DNA from: a virus
Direction: 5' to 3' (one strand)
Length of the DNA stretch: 64,000 nucleotides
Virus record (IMG/VR): IMGVR_UViG_3300021255_001584
Location: 3,526 to 67,525 of that record
Program-made: the position numbers and the translations under genes
Notes under the pieces: generated by a model
The model's database searches: none
What the model was told of the DNA's origin: nothing
Seen by the model: only the letters and a program-made list of their open reading frames with translations
Shown: positions 50,801 through 59,366 of the stretch, in pieces
Layout: each line of letters opens with the position of its first letter
Numbering within the stretch: position 1 is the first letter of the stretch

Positions 50801-53800
50801 AGAACTTGCTGGAACTGGTCAATATGTAGTTGAAACTGCGGCAAACTTATATGAAGCCTATAACAAAATATTATCTGATTTAAAGGCTACTGGCGAAGCT
50901 ACATTGGCAGATATTAATAAAGTTGCTGCTTTAGCTTTAGAAAATAAAGACGGTGAGCAACAAGCTATTGATGCACTGGGCGACGCTGCTGGCATGACTT
51001 ATACACGGTTTGGCGAAATTCTTGCACAAGGCGGATATGAGTTATCTGAAGACTTAGTAAATCAACTTACTTCTACTGGTATTATAAAGCAATTAGGTGG
51101 CAGTAAAATGCAAATTGCAGATTTTTCTGCATTTGCTGATTTAATGGGTTGGGACGCTAATTCTGAAGAATATGTTTCTGCTTTTAAGAGTTATAATGAT
51201 TCTTTAATTGAGATGAATAGAAAAGCAGAAAAGAATATTCTTGAAGAGGCGAAGAATCTTGAAAACGCTAAAGCTGGTGATCAATTTAATTTAACGCAAT
51301 TGAGTGCAGAATTAAATGAAGCTTATAAAAAGAATATATCAAGTTCTTCTTCTATTACTGGTGCGTATAATCCTTTACAAGTATTGTCTGATAAACTACA
51401 ACAATATAATGCTGAACTTCAAAATGGCATTTTAACTATTGGTGCGGATGCTAATCTACCAGCTATAATTCAAGAAATTTCTAATACAGCACAGCAATAT
51501 GGCGGTTTATTAAGCAGTGAAATGGCTGAATTGGCTGATGTCTTAGCTAATGTGTTAAAAGGATACACTGACTTAATTAGTGGTGGCATTCAAGGTAAAT
51601 TAACTAATGTACAAGCTGAATCATTACAGGATTGGGCTAATCAACAAGGAGTTGGTGAATTAGATTTTACCCCGACTGCTGAAGGATTAAAATTAGCTAC
51701 TAATAGTGCTATTGAATTATATAATGTATTATCTCAAATAGATTCAATTCAAGGTAATTTAGTATTTGATCAATTAGTTGAATCTTTAAGTTCTGATATT
51801 GGTGGCCAATATGAACATGTATCGGATACTATGGCTGAGATGGCTAAATTGCAAAAAGAATTGGCACAAAATGAGAATGAAATAGCATTAGCCCGTCATT
51901 ATGGTGCAGATGATTCTAATGAGCGCATTCAAAATTTAGAGGTACAGAATTCTAAATTACGAGAACAATTAGGACTTTTAAATAAAATTGCTACAACTCA
52001 ATCTGTAGATCCAAATCAATTTAATTTTATGGATCGCAAATTGCCCGATAGTTTACAAGGTCCATTAAATTATTGGGATTCTGTTGGCAAAGCATATAAA
52101 GCAATTAATACAGCTGGAAAAACCGGATATATGGAAGTACAAGATTATGTTAATATTATTAATGAAATGGCAAATCTTGTACAAATGAGTTCTAATAACC
52201 TTGAATGGATGGGTATGAATGCTTCTAATGCCGAACAACGTGCTGCTGAATTAATTGAAGCTGGTATGGGTGCATTAAAAAATGTTGATGGCGAAGGGGC
52301 AAAAATAGCTTTAGGCGATATAGGACTTGATATGCAAGTTGGCGCAGCTGATATGGGTAAAGGTATTGACTTGGGTGTTAAAGAAATGGCTCGTGGCCAA
52401 ATTGCTATGTTAGATGCAGCCATTCAAATGCTTGAAGCTATTGTTGCCATGGAAAATCTTGGAGATATTGGCGCGGATGGAGATGGCATTTTAGATATTG
52501 GCGATATCTTTGAACTTACTGATAGTGGAGATGTTATCACAGAATCTACTGAAAATGGTGAAAAGTTATATAAATTTACTGATGAATATATCAAGTGGCG
52601 AGATAATTTATTAAAAGCTGCTGAAAATAATAAAGATTTAAGTGATGCATTAGATAACATCAAAATTAATGGTAATACTTTAAAGGAAATTTTTGGTGAT
52701 AAAGAATCTGCTTTTACTAATATTAATCCTCAAGATTATTTTAATATTTTAAAATCTTTTAATGAAGCAGCTAAAAGTGGCGATTTTAATCTAGATAATA
52801 TTGAAAGTAGTGTTTGGAAAACTCTTTCTGAACTTGGATTAACAAAAGGTACAACAATAGATATAGGAGATTACACTATTGGAGTAAGCGGCAATCAAGT
52901 ATATGAAATTGATTGGAAATCTGAATCTACTCAAGAAGCTTTAAAAAAATTGAATGAAGGAAAAGCAGTTACCAAAGAAAATCAAGAGGCATTAAAAGAA
53001 CAGTTAAAATCAGCAATGGATAAATATAATGCTGGTGAACAAATGTCTGAAATAGAAGTTGAGTCTGTTCTTACTATGAAGAATATAATAAAAATAGACG
53101 AGAATGGAGAAACTTATATTTTAGATCAAAACGGAAAACCGGTATATAGAGGTAGTGGAAAAGAACCAAGTGAAGCATTTGAAGGATTAAAAAATGCTTA
53201 TAGAGTAGCTGATTTAGCTGGAATAGATATTAAAGATGTGACAATAGAAGGAAAAGAAGCCTCTGGAGAAATTGAATATGAAACCGGTATAAAAATAAAG
53301 GTTAGAATTAATCCAGAAACTAGTGAAGCAGAATTTACAGAAGATGGCGTTCCAGGTACTTTTAATACTATTGATGATTTACGAAAAGCAGCATATGAAC
53401 AGCAATTAAAACAATTAGTTAATGAGCATAAAAAACAGGATAAAACATATAATACAGAAGATGCTAAACAAGAATTAACTTATGATATGTTCTTATATCA
53501 GCATTATAATATTATCGCAAAAACAGATACTAAAATGTTCACTTCTGATGGCGAAGAAATAAAGAATCCTACCGAAGCTGTTAGAAATGAAATGAAGAAA
53601 GCTTTACAATCTGGTAAGAAAGTTGCGGATGCGAATGGTAATATCATAGATGATTCTTTAAAGAATAATAAAGATGGTTCTTATACATATACTTTACCTT
53701 CTGGTAGTCAAATAGAATTTGTACCTGGCCCTGGTGAAAGTGTGCAGGATGCATTTAATAGATCTTTAAAAGAACAATTAGGAATAGATACTGGCCTATC

Positions 53801-56800
53801 TGAAACAATTTCTTCTGCCCTTACTGAAGTTTTTTCTAGCGATATAATTAAAAATGCTCTTGTAGGTTTAACTGAAATAGAACCAGGTCAACTTCCAGAA
53901 GTAGCATCTGCTATGGGACAAGTTGCTACACAAGCACAAACCTTAGCTGGTATTAATTGGGACCTTATTGCAGAAGGGATTAAGAAAGTCGCAGGTGCGA
54001 ATGGTACTGGCGGAGAGAATCCTCCAACCCCTAGCGGCGGAACAGGTAATCCTAGTGGTGGAACAGGTAGTCCTACTGGTGGAACTGGTGGAATGAATCT
54101 TCAACTTACTTCTCTTGAACTTTCTGCTGCTTCTGTAAATCTTGATACTGCTACAACCGTTACTGCTCCTTCCGCTACTACTATTGAAGCAAATACATTG
54201 AATACTAGTGGTGCTACAATTGATGCCAATAATAGTACATTTACTGGTACTCTTGCTATTAGTAAGCCATCTGGTGATACTGGTGATACTGGCGGTAAAA
54301 GTGGAAAAGGTGGAAAAGGAAGCAATAATAAAGGACAAGATACCCCTAAAACATCAAAAGCGGAAGCCCCAGCACAAGTTGACGCATCTGGATTGCAAGA
54401 AGGCGCATCACAAGCTCAAGGTTCTATAGACGTATTAGGTGGAGTTTTTAGTAGTTTTTCTAGTATTATAGCTGGTATAAACTTAACGCCTGTGAGCGAT
54501 AATGCAGAAACTTTAGGTACTAATGCGGCTAATGCTGCTTCTCCTTTAAGTACTTTGGCATCTACCGTAGCGACATTAATTAGTAAGTTAACCGGAATAC
54601 CAACTTCTTTACCTACTTTAACTTTAACAGTATCTGTTTCAGTTACTGGAACAGGAGCAACTGGTAATGCAACTGGTTTATACAAGGTATTCTCAAAAGG
54701 TAATGTTGGCAAAGCGTTTGCTGCTGGTAAAGGTACTCTTATGGGTGAACTTGGACCAGAATTAGTTGTATCAGGCGGACGCTATTTCTTAGCTGGAGAA
54801 AATGGTGCTGAGTTTGTTGATTTAGATAAGGATGCAATAGTATTTAATCATTTACAGACTAAAAAATTAATGACACAAGGCCATGGTGGACGAGGAAAAG
54901 CTTTTACTAATGAAAAGAATGCAACGACCTTAGCCACTGGCAATATATCTGGTCCTGCCCTTGCAAGTGCGTCTGCTGCTTTAGCCGCATTAAAACAAAT
55001 CCGAGCCATGTGGCAATCAATGCTTGACGCATCAGCCAAAGATCTAGGCTCTCAAGCCGGCCGCGGAGGCGGCGGTGGAGGAGGCGGCGGTGGCGGTGGT
55101 GGAGAAGAAGAACAGCCAACCACTACTACTGATGACATCCAACGCTGGTATAACTGGTTGCGTCAAATTGACCATATTGAAATGCATATCACCGAACAAG
55201 AAAAATTGCAAACTAAATATGAGAATGATAGAATTGCTAATGGTGAAAAGATTTATCAAGCACAGAAGGCACAGTTGAATTTATTAGACCAAGAAATTGT
55301 GCGTAATCAGAAATTAGCTGATTTACAAAAGAAATGGTATGATAATAAAGCTAAAGAGCTAAAAGAATCATCTTATGGAAAAATATTTACATATGATGAA
55401 TATGGTTTACAACAATATGTTGGTGATGATAGACCCGGCTCTGGCGAAGGTCTTGATATTCTTGAAAATCTTACTCGTCGTAATGTTAAAGGTGAAGCCA
55501 TTGATAATGCAAAAACTGCGAAAAAACAATTGAAATATTTACAATCAGTTGGTTTTAATATTTCTGATTTGCTTTATAATGATGATGGTACAAAAGTAGC
55601 TAAGTCTATTTCTTCTTCATTAAAATTAAAGAAATTTAAAAGTGACGATAAAGATAATGATTTATATACTCAAATGATGGAGAATTTCTGGAATAATGTT
55701 GATGCTTGGCGTGATGAACTTGATAGTTTATATGATAGTTATCATGAGCAATTAGAAAAAGTAATTGATAACCAAACTAAGCAGAATGAAATTCTTCAGG
55801 CGTTTGTTGATAATGAATTAGATGTAGAACAGAAATTATTAGAAGCTGTTGAAGCACGCGAACAAGCTGTAATAGATAAATTACAAGAACAAAAAGATGC
55901 TTTAGAAAAATCTAATGAAAGATATATTAAAGGTTTAACTGATTCTCTTAATAAAGAAAAGGATATGCGTCAACAGAATGATAAAGATACTGAACTTACT
56001 AAATTGCAACGTCAATTAGCTATTCTACAACGTTCTGGCGGTTCTGCTTCTCAAATTAAATCATTGCAAGATCAAATTTCTTCTAAGCAACAAGATGCTT
56101 ATTATGATGCAAGACAACAAGAAATTGATGCTATTCAAGAAGCTTCTGATAAACAGTTAGAGAAATTAGACACTCAAATTGATTTACTTACTCAAACTTT
56201 AGAATATCAAAAAGCAAATGGTTTATGGTGGCCAGAAATAAGAGAGAAAATGGCCGGGCCAGAAGAAGCTGCGACCGCATTTTGGAATGAATATTTAAAT
56301 TCTCGCGGTGGTGAATCTGCTTTACAACAAAGTGAAGATTTAAGAGAATTTAAAAAAGCATTTCAACAATGGATGGGATATAGAGAAGATAAAGATGAGT
56401 ATGGCAGTACTTGGAGTAATTTAAAAGATTGGATTGATTCTGAAAATATTATTGGCCAATATACTGGATATTTAGGAGAAATTGATACTGAGGCTCATAT
56501 GACTGCCGCGAGCAATGCTAAAGGTGCTGCTATTGAAGCTTATAATAATAAATATAATGAATTAATAAGTAGTGGTAAAACAGAAGAAGAAGCTAAAACA
56601 GAAGCAAGGCAAGTAGGAATAGAAGCTTATAAAAAATCTATACAAAGTAGTGTTCAGAATACAAATAAATATAAAGGTGAACAAGCTTTAGCAAATTGGA
56701 AAGAAAATGAAACTGCATTGCATCAATTAACTGGTAAATCTTATTATGATTCATTAAATGAAACTAATCAATCAGATTTTGATACTGCATTTTTAGATAA

Positions 56801-57848
56801 ATATACAGAGAGTGGCAATGAAACAGAAGCTTTTAAGGCAGCAGAAGCAGCTGTCACTGATAAATTAACATTTATACCAGATAACAATGTCGCTTATTAT
56901 ACATATAATTCTAAGAAAAAAACAGTGAAAAAAGCGGGTAAACTTGCAGGTGACGGCAGCCGTTCTTATACATTTGATGATGTGATTACAGTAAGTAAAA
57001 AGAAATATTTACATGTAGCAAATGGTGGAAATGAATATATAGCTGCGGCTAATATACCAAATTCATCTGCTATAATTAATGCACTTCAACCTTCTAAAAT
57101 GGGTGTTGATGCAACTGAAGTCAGTACTAGTGATAAAAACTTAAATGAATATGAAGAAAAATTAGCAAAGGGCATTGATGTTGTTGTTCCAAAAGGAACC
57201 GCATTTTCTGGTGATCTTTCATATGAAACTGTAGGTGATGATGGTAAGATACAATCACATGCTTTAACATCAAAGAAAAAAACAAAAGCGCAGGGTACGT
57301 ATCACGCTGCTACAATAAATGGTTTAACGGCCAATGGTGATTTTAAGAGCCTTGTGCTAGATAAATATGAAGGAAATAAATTAGTTGCCAATAGAACATT
57401 AACCGCGACTAATCTAAAAAAAGCTAAAGACGGAAAAGATGCCTATGCTGATATTAAACAAAAATTAAAAAATATAATACCTAAGAAATTTAAAACAGGC
57501 GGCATGGCTGATTTTACAGGTCCTGCTTGGTTAGATGGTACGTCAAAGAAACCAGAAGCTGTTCTTAACGCGGCACAAACTGATTTCTTAAAGAATGATT
57601 TATTAGGTAATAAAAACACTTCATTAATGTCAATAGTTTCACAATTACAAGATTCTTTCAATAACACAGCAACTGGTGCTTCAACCACTTCAACAGATGA
57701 TAGCATCAATATTGAAAATGTTTCAATTAACTTCAATGCTGGAACTATTTCAAGTGATTATGATGCTCGCCGCGCTGGTGATATGGTTAAGGAAGAAATT
57801 CTTAAAATCGCGCGCAAAGCTGGTAATCGTAGTATAGCAAGGAGGTAA
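41814..57848 (+). CDS. giant tape measure protein (5344 aa)
   Basis: TP901-type TMP core (ELDKTITEIAIV...IGSAMKSIISR...AGNRQQSRF), coiled coils, GELGPEL and TGG...DGT..PEAVL motifs. Confidence 0.88.
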   Translation: MAGQASVMIDVSAQVTGYQESLNKLKESLNKIDLNSDFGQRALNTIQKIQKQINDLDKNSKKRVTSEAGIERITGQAASVGQALQEVANMMNGISIDNLDLSKLSSDTQDAINKARELRAQLDQSMGAGIQSMIADSQELKSVLESLGVDLNSLNADNFVSVLSAGLNDLETKTTNLKARISELFTEIGNLKQVNKELEGNQVLKFQKSFDSKLVKNYLGEDYFNQINKLAEQAKSKTTDTSYHGKIDTAFSKLLDAKSLSEARAELELILKNWKELGFANKTTLEGIIGRSGQHTKFLPDDLLTFDPKIVAEKTAEIQDIINQVGSSFSPEGKSAISTYLEGGDIKEAANLTAKELMEATNNIKTQIEKNNRDIEAKLAEKRNAETASKNNPSQADIIEDAKKRVAELREQNKQLQEQVDQQDKTVQQLLNKETSGVKGSAGEVFSEATAQINQATEAYKRYNAELEKGRNINTMVGKIEGVVQRWFSVYAAVRMVSNAVRSVISTVKELDKTITEIAIVTDKTQPDLWKQMPDYTNMARQYASSISGVYKVSQLYYQQGLEQSDVMALTEETLKMARISGLDYATATDYMTNAVRSFKMEMQDAQTVVDVYSNIAASSATSTTELATAMSKTASSAAAVGSSFENTTAMMAVMIEATREAPENIGSAMKSIISRYGELKENPATMIDSEGEELSLNKVDTALKSVGITIQDTEHQFRDFDDVIMELAQKWDTIDKNTQRYIATVMAGNRQQSRFLALVSNGERLAELSEEAANSEDTATLQVLKTMDSIEAKTQQLQTSLQSLYTSSGIETLYKGVLDFGNNIVKSLTEMSTVAGIPLAAITQIGLTFFNLANIVTNVFALIKARASMNANAMVGIAQTSMQQRVNISAEEARQQALIAQQHLEFMQEVNKAKFLQHKYTEEQMVQATKDAEDKKMQAVLTAEQERAAILAKQTKMSMGLSAGSLLLSTIGGTIKDDTKAKKGIKGAFGIGSSALSAAAMGAMMGPQFAGIGAIFGTITGILQNWGMIFESMEAEAQRMKESADAANNEYLTKKNDYKNLDEQIKKLKELEKAQYDSEEAKKEYIDASNKLAEGHPELIASLDAEGNAVIDLADTYGVLTRAREEASNAAEEAAIKNLEYAEKLEEQANKKREGQEAEKWYTFFNDLPNSLDAGLASAYDKLKKSAGEKANQLPTLDILKGQLSREPSLSDVTALYDIEHLVPKDAYMAFSTEAAEFQTMTRTNYGAELTSSATEMLKGLYKGMGDDVEKTLNPLFDYINTQDTEGIKEYWKDNQEAIKQIHDNNTNTLNPIIKNLLEQIAELNGGFLDIQSSIEQASNATKAAARSSMSTLASIKFMDQDNSLNEFYKGMEGASTLVSNYLMNTAEEWSDLEENKGKGYKDFIKAPEFDKAIQTIQETLGVAWNDLLPKDKAKLNELIKNKGKYTSDELQTKVAEILGFKMNDINATAEQAILNSLDNNFSIGKMYDAINSRRAKQTNGKKLRGGLLSNLQLGLDEWQVYLDTYDQIASLIENDTLSQKDGQQAMNRYHDLWEQAAGNDVAQGLLENWTDFSLTGLAEFKKQVYESSLDPKEAEQLVQSAESYVKSMPTNLTAELQTYAQKVTTNIEDFEKALSNSTKGMDLKTATELAQKTGKTLNDFDFKEGKFFFDDFDALKEAYFNENKELKQNIANAAKELKTKLGSINISDLGQTSTALSDWISQEKNIKAVQNAGINPTDFQNYYEQYLSEANVKTQTFTQWVAQNIDEELAASLTKIDEYIADATARSALANGDFDNFLKVVKPLDGGKAARDALKSGDIDSLVEQFPKYASEIIKNYQNINNEIYNSMTSGAGEYVEANQFNAAKLAALEQKGLLQRISGAGAEAVYKTIQITNSNIDELLKMIQDDKSLSNDEKASQIQKAFDEAYQDPYEVMDGLIEEGGVSIEIMTKLAEMLYGDASKIKEVEEKFNLTPDIVTGKYETNGDLLDKITEQINDITSGKYYKDKINEQIADLEAEREQLNIAKQKATNKEDKKELKYKIGTIGQTIAQLQADIEKYTDRVLDLNEIKEVNDLLAKAASITNKPLRDRKTTLEDIIKNMTALTEENISDIATNIFGMRSDSEEFKKLGLFKDNGDGTSTLDVAALRKAISENVGDINDELQQLLVDTIQNQATEATKALTDGVQSKEDRKKIADSYKEFVGTDLAEDAWNWDADLNAFTLSAEAYTTYVHALAAGAANAEEAEAILETARDSIIESMDISGFVSDVEGISGKAGQKLYKQLQALNSEKYIDAEGDNTKYIQAATERQMKLLRSGGQTAIAILKNINPEATQEQIEEVFYAQVNRYQEGMEQLSEGLQVNSMVADEEIRNILAQHRFEFDANGVVTTVGNLIEGVQGVYEAIKTSGESTTTQINKAYSDYLTTRDKTNSDISSLLSDAYGMAYEEFGKIIGNLGIDFETVLKDPKSGIVSNGFGGINIVDFKAFSNKYLTGMLPKASQEYTKLLSAYTDSSIEYMGEYSKAVAEQLSNISSAKVGQKVNVQYLLDLLNVEEKTLGDILGSSVTDGILTINGVVKERLFGYLKGIRETLETQGKDTFAIDEMLNEFLSTAQSEISSASIGGTLSAETASVLASYNGFWTNKIRFDGTAVLESADDLYTAAIDVYAAIKESFENDKSDLQTLNNAYATIIKASTSEDAAVNAMLSSAANLSTDTLNNFMTSMGLRLEEMLKENGQVTDAWADSIERVGVETYQIKDWNKYISDVEQKLGYKLDQTTSEYINSYISWLDSEANVAPNAKEALMTSLVPNLDKLSYAQIGQIAKTFDLTVDAILKLVEDNGDKTFNANGLLTALEGQFNQDNESFVRALNEQKATVLTNFTNAVSTYISSQKGSTDIRVLRDSFRDFDKAIQAMGFDLNLTIGELIPVLNDGGAQAVGVMSSIAKDMKQQLSAQDVENIYRAQVSSYVNAIDTVISGPGAIIDATTASIINSAGGKATELAGTGQYVVETAANLYEAYNKILSDLKATGEATLADINKVAALALENKDGEQQAIDALGDAAGMTYTRFGEILAQGGYELSEDLVNQLTSTGIIKQLGGSKMQIADFSAFADLMGWDANSEEYVSAFKSYNDSLIEMNRKAEKNILEEAKNLENAKAGDQFNLTQLSAELNEAYKKNISSSSSITGAYNPLQVLSDKLQQYNAELQNGILTIGADANLPAIIQEISNTAQQYGGLLSSEMAELADVLANVLKGYTDLISGGIQGKLTNVQAESLQDWANQQGVGELDFTPTAEGLKLATNSAIELYNVLSQIDSIQGNLVFDQLVESLSSDIGGQYEHVSDTMAEMAKLQKELAQNENEIALARHYGADDSNERIQNLEVQNSKLREQLGLLNKIATTQSVDPNQFNFMDRKLPDSLQGPLNYWDSVGKAYKAINTAGKTGYMEVQDYVNIINEMANLVQMSSNNLEWMGMNASNAEQRAAELIEAGMGALKNVDGEGAKIALGDIGLDMQVGAADMGKGIDLGVKEMARGQIAMLDAAIQMLEAIVAMENLGDIGADGDGILDIGDIFELTDSGDVITESTENGEKLYKFTDEYIKWRDNLLKAAENNKDLSDALDNIKINGNTLKEIFGDKESAFTNINPQDYFNILKSFNEAAKSGDFNLDNIESSVWKTLSELGLTKGTTIDIGDYTIGVSGNQVYEIDWKSESTQEALKKLNEGKAVTKENQEALKEQLKSAMDKYNAGEQMSEIEVESVLTMKNIIKIDENGETYILDQNGKPVYRGSGKEPSEAFEGLKNAYRVADLAGIDIKDVTIEGKEASGEIEYETGIKIKVRINPETSEAEFTEDGVPGTFNTIDDLRKAAYEQQLKQLVNEHKKQDKTYNTEDAKQELTYDMFLYQHYNIIAKTDTKMFTSDGEEIKNPTEAVRNEMKKALQSGKKVADANGNIIDDSLKNNKDGSYTYTLPSGSQIEFVPGPGESVQDAFNRSLKEQLGIDTGLSETISSALTEVFSSDIIKNALVGLTEIEPGQLPEVASAMGQVATQAQTLAGINWDLIAEGIKKVAGANGTGGENPPTPSGGTGNPSGGTGSPTGGTGGMNLQLTSLELSAASVNLDTATTVTAPSATTIEANTLNTSGATIDANNSTFTGTLAISKPSGDTGDTGGKSGKGGKGSNNKGQDTPKTSKAEAPAQVDASGLQEGASQAQGSIDVLGGVFSSFSSIIAGINLTPVSDNAETLGTNAANAASPLSTLASTVATLISKLTGIPTSLPTLTLTVSVSVTGTGATGNATGLYKVFSKGNVGKAFAAGKGTLMGELGPELVVSGGRYFLAGENGAEFVDLDKDAIVFNHLQTKKLMTQGHGGRGKAFTNEKNATTLATGNISGPALASASAALAALKQIRAMWQSMLDASAKDLGSQAGRGGGGGGGGGGGGGEEEQPTTTTDDIQRWYNWLRQIDHIEMHITEQEKLQTKYENDRIANGEKIYQAQKAQLNLLDQEIVRNQKLADLQKKWYDNKAKELKESSYGKIFTYDEYGLQQYVGDDRPGSGEGLDILENLTRRNVKGEAIDNAKTAKKQLKYLQSVGFNISDLLYNDDGTKVAKSISSSLKLKKFKSDDKDNDLYTQMMENFWNNVDAWRDELDSLYDSYHEQLEKVIDNQTKQNEILQAFVDNELDVEQKLLEAVEAREQAVIDKLQEQKDALEKSNERYIKGLTDSLNKEKDMRQQNDKDTELTKLQRQLAILQRSGGSASQIKSLQDQISSKQQDAYYDARQQEIDAIQEASDKQLEKLDTQIDLLTQTLEYQKANGLWWPEIREKMAGPEEAATAFWNEYLNSRGGESALQQSEDLREFKKAFQQWMGYREDKDEYGSTWSNLKDWIDSENIIGQYTGYLGEIDTEAHMTAASNAKGAAIEAYNNKYNELISSGKTEEEAKTEARQVGIEAYKKSIQSSVQNTNKYKGEQALANWKENETALHQLTGKSYYDSLNETNQSDFDTAFLDKYTESGNETEAFKAAEAAVTDKLTFIPDNNVAYYTYNSKKKTVKKAGKLAGDGSRSYTFDDVITVSKKKYLHVANGGNEYIAAANIPNSSAIINALQPSKMGVDATEVSTSDKNLNEYEEKLAKGIDVVVPKGTAFSGDLSYETVGDDGKIQSHALTSKKKTKAQGTYHAATINGLTANGDFKSLVLDKYEGNKLVANRTLTATNLKKAKDGKDAYADIKQKLKNIIPKKFKTGGMADFTGPAWLDGTSKKPEAVLNAAQTDFLKNDLLGNKNTSLMSIVSQLQDSFNNTATGASTTSTDDSINIENVSINFNAGTISSDYDARRAGDMVKEEILKIARKAGNRSIARR

Positions 57849-57854
57849 AGGAGT

Positions 57855-59345
57855 ATGGCAATTTTAGAAGGAAACGAAGTTCGGTCTACTGAACCAAAAA
57901 GAATGCAGGTATATTTAGCAACTCATGACGGGGAAGGCAATCGCCTTCCCTTCATGAATAGAGCGTATATAAGTTTTTCTTATGGTGGAAAATATATTGA
58001 AGATTTTAATCTTTTAGCCACTATGGGAGATAGATTAAATAAAAATGTATATGCAAATTTTGAAGATGCTACAAGTGAATATGATACTTTAGATGGACAA
58101 TATTTTTGGGGTACTCATTTCACTACTAATCAATTGGATTTTACATTGTCTACCGATGGTATGACACAAACTGATTTAGAAAAGTTTAAGATGTGGTTTA
58201 AACCCAGTGTGGAACGAGAATTAATATTAGCCGAACATCCAAATAGAGTAATTATGGCTCGTGTTGCAACGCCGCCATCTATTTCTATGATACCTTTTGA
58301 ACAAATTGAATCAATTCGTGTAAATGGTATTTTAAAAGATATTCCAACCGCTTTATATCGTGGAGATATTACTTTATCTTTTATTATGGATGAGCCTTAT
58401 TGGAGTGGTAAGCTATTTTATATGCCTAAATATTTAGACTTAAATACTTTTGAAGGGCAAGAAAATAGTAAAGCTATAACAGATGAAAATGATCCTTCAA
58501 AGACACTAGTCCCAGCAAAAACAGAAGCAATGGTAGATACTATAAATAATAAAGATACTTTAAAAATGTGTTTAGAAGATAATTTACCATATGGACAATA
58601 TTTACCTGAATGTACCTTTTTTGGAAATGATCACTATATGACAAAAGATGATGGAGGCGCGATTGTTGGTGTATCAAAATTGCCAGCGCGTTTAGGTATA
58701 TTAAATATTGATTCTAAAACTGGCGCAACTATTGGTAATAATGAAGATAACTGGTATGTATTTTATTCTGGCACAGCTCCTTCTAAACCAAAAATTAAAT
58801 TTACTATAAAAATGGATTATGATAATAGCGATAAAATTATTTTTCCTAAAGGTATTGATGGAAATAAAAATATTGCTACAATTACAATAGGAACAAAGAC
58901 TTTTACTTATGGACTGCCCGGATTATTTGTTGCTTATAATAAAGCAATTGATATTTATAATGGTTCTAATTCGGCTAGTGTTATAGACCTCCAAGTAGAA
59001 ATGCGTGATCAAATAAAAGAAAATACCATACGTGCCGCCGCGATACAAAACATTAGCAATTCTACCAATTTTATAGATAATATGAAAGCAATTTTTGGAG
59101 ACAACCCGACGGTTACTTATGTAATTGATTCAGCTACTGGCGAAGCATATGGGACATTCACTATAAATTCTTCTGAAATAAAGCAAAATGTTGGTGATAT
59201 GATACGCTCTGATTACTTAATAATAGATGAAAGAAGTAACTTCACTTTTGGAGAAAATATAGATAATGAGCGAGATTGTTTTAAAATTCAAAGTAGTGAA
59301 GAAATTACTGATTTCTTAATATTATTTAAGAATATGTATTATTAA
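57855..59345 (+). CDS. distal tail (Dit-like) protein
   Basis: Follows TMP; FSYGG...DGQYFWG, PYW, FKNMYY C-terminus. Confidence 0.6.
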   Translation: MAILEGNEVRSTEPKRMQVYLATHDGEGNRLPFMNRAYISFSYGGKYIEDFNLLATMGDRLNKNVYANFEDATSEYDTLDGQYFWGTHFTTNQLDFTLSTDGMTQTDLEKFKMWFKPSVERELILAEHPNRVIMARVATPPSISMIPFEQIESIRVNGILKDIPTALYRGDITLSFIMDEPYWSGKLFYMPKYLDLNTFEGQENSKAITDENDPSKTLVPAKTEAMVDTINNKDTLKMCLEDNLPYGQYLPECTFFGNDHYMTKDDGGAIVGVSKLPARLGILNIDSKTGATIGNNEDNWYVFYSGTAPSKPKIKFTIKMDYDNSDKIIFPKGIDGNKNIATITIGTKTFTYGLPGLFVAYNKAIDIYNGSNSASVIDLQVEMRDQIKENTIRAAAIQNISNSTNFIDNMKAIFGDNPTVTYVIDSATGEAYGTFTINSSEIKQNVGDMIRSDYLIIDERSNFTFGENIDNERDCFKIQSSEEITDFLILFKNMYY

Positions 59346-59366
59346 GAGTAAAGGAGGTAGAGACTT

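Noticed and set aside
55060-55105. GGC/GGT run as a DNA repeat element
   Set aside because: Simply encodes a poly-Gly linker within the TMP
43583-57736. Minus-strand ORFs inside the tape measure gene
   Set aside because: Shadow frames of a long biased ORF, with no RBS or motifs
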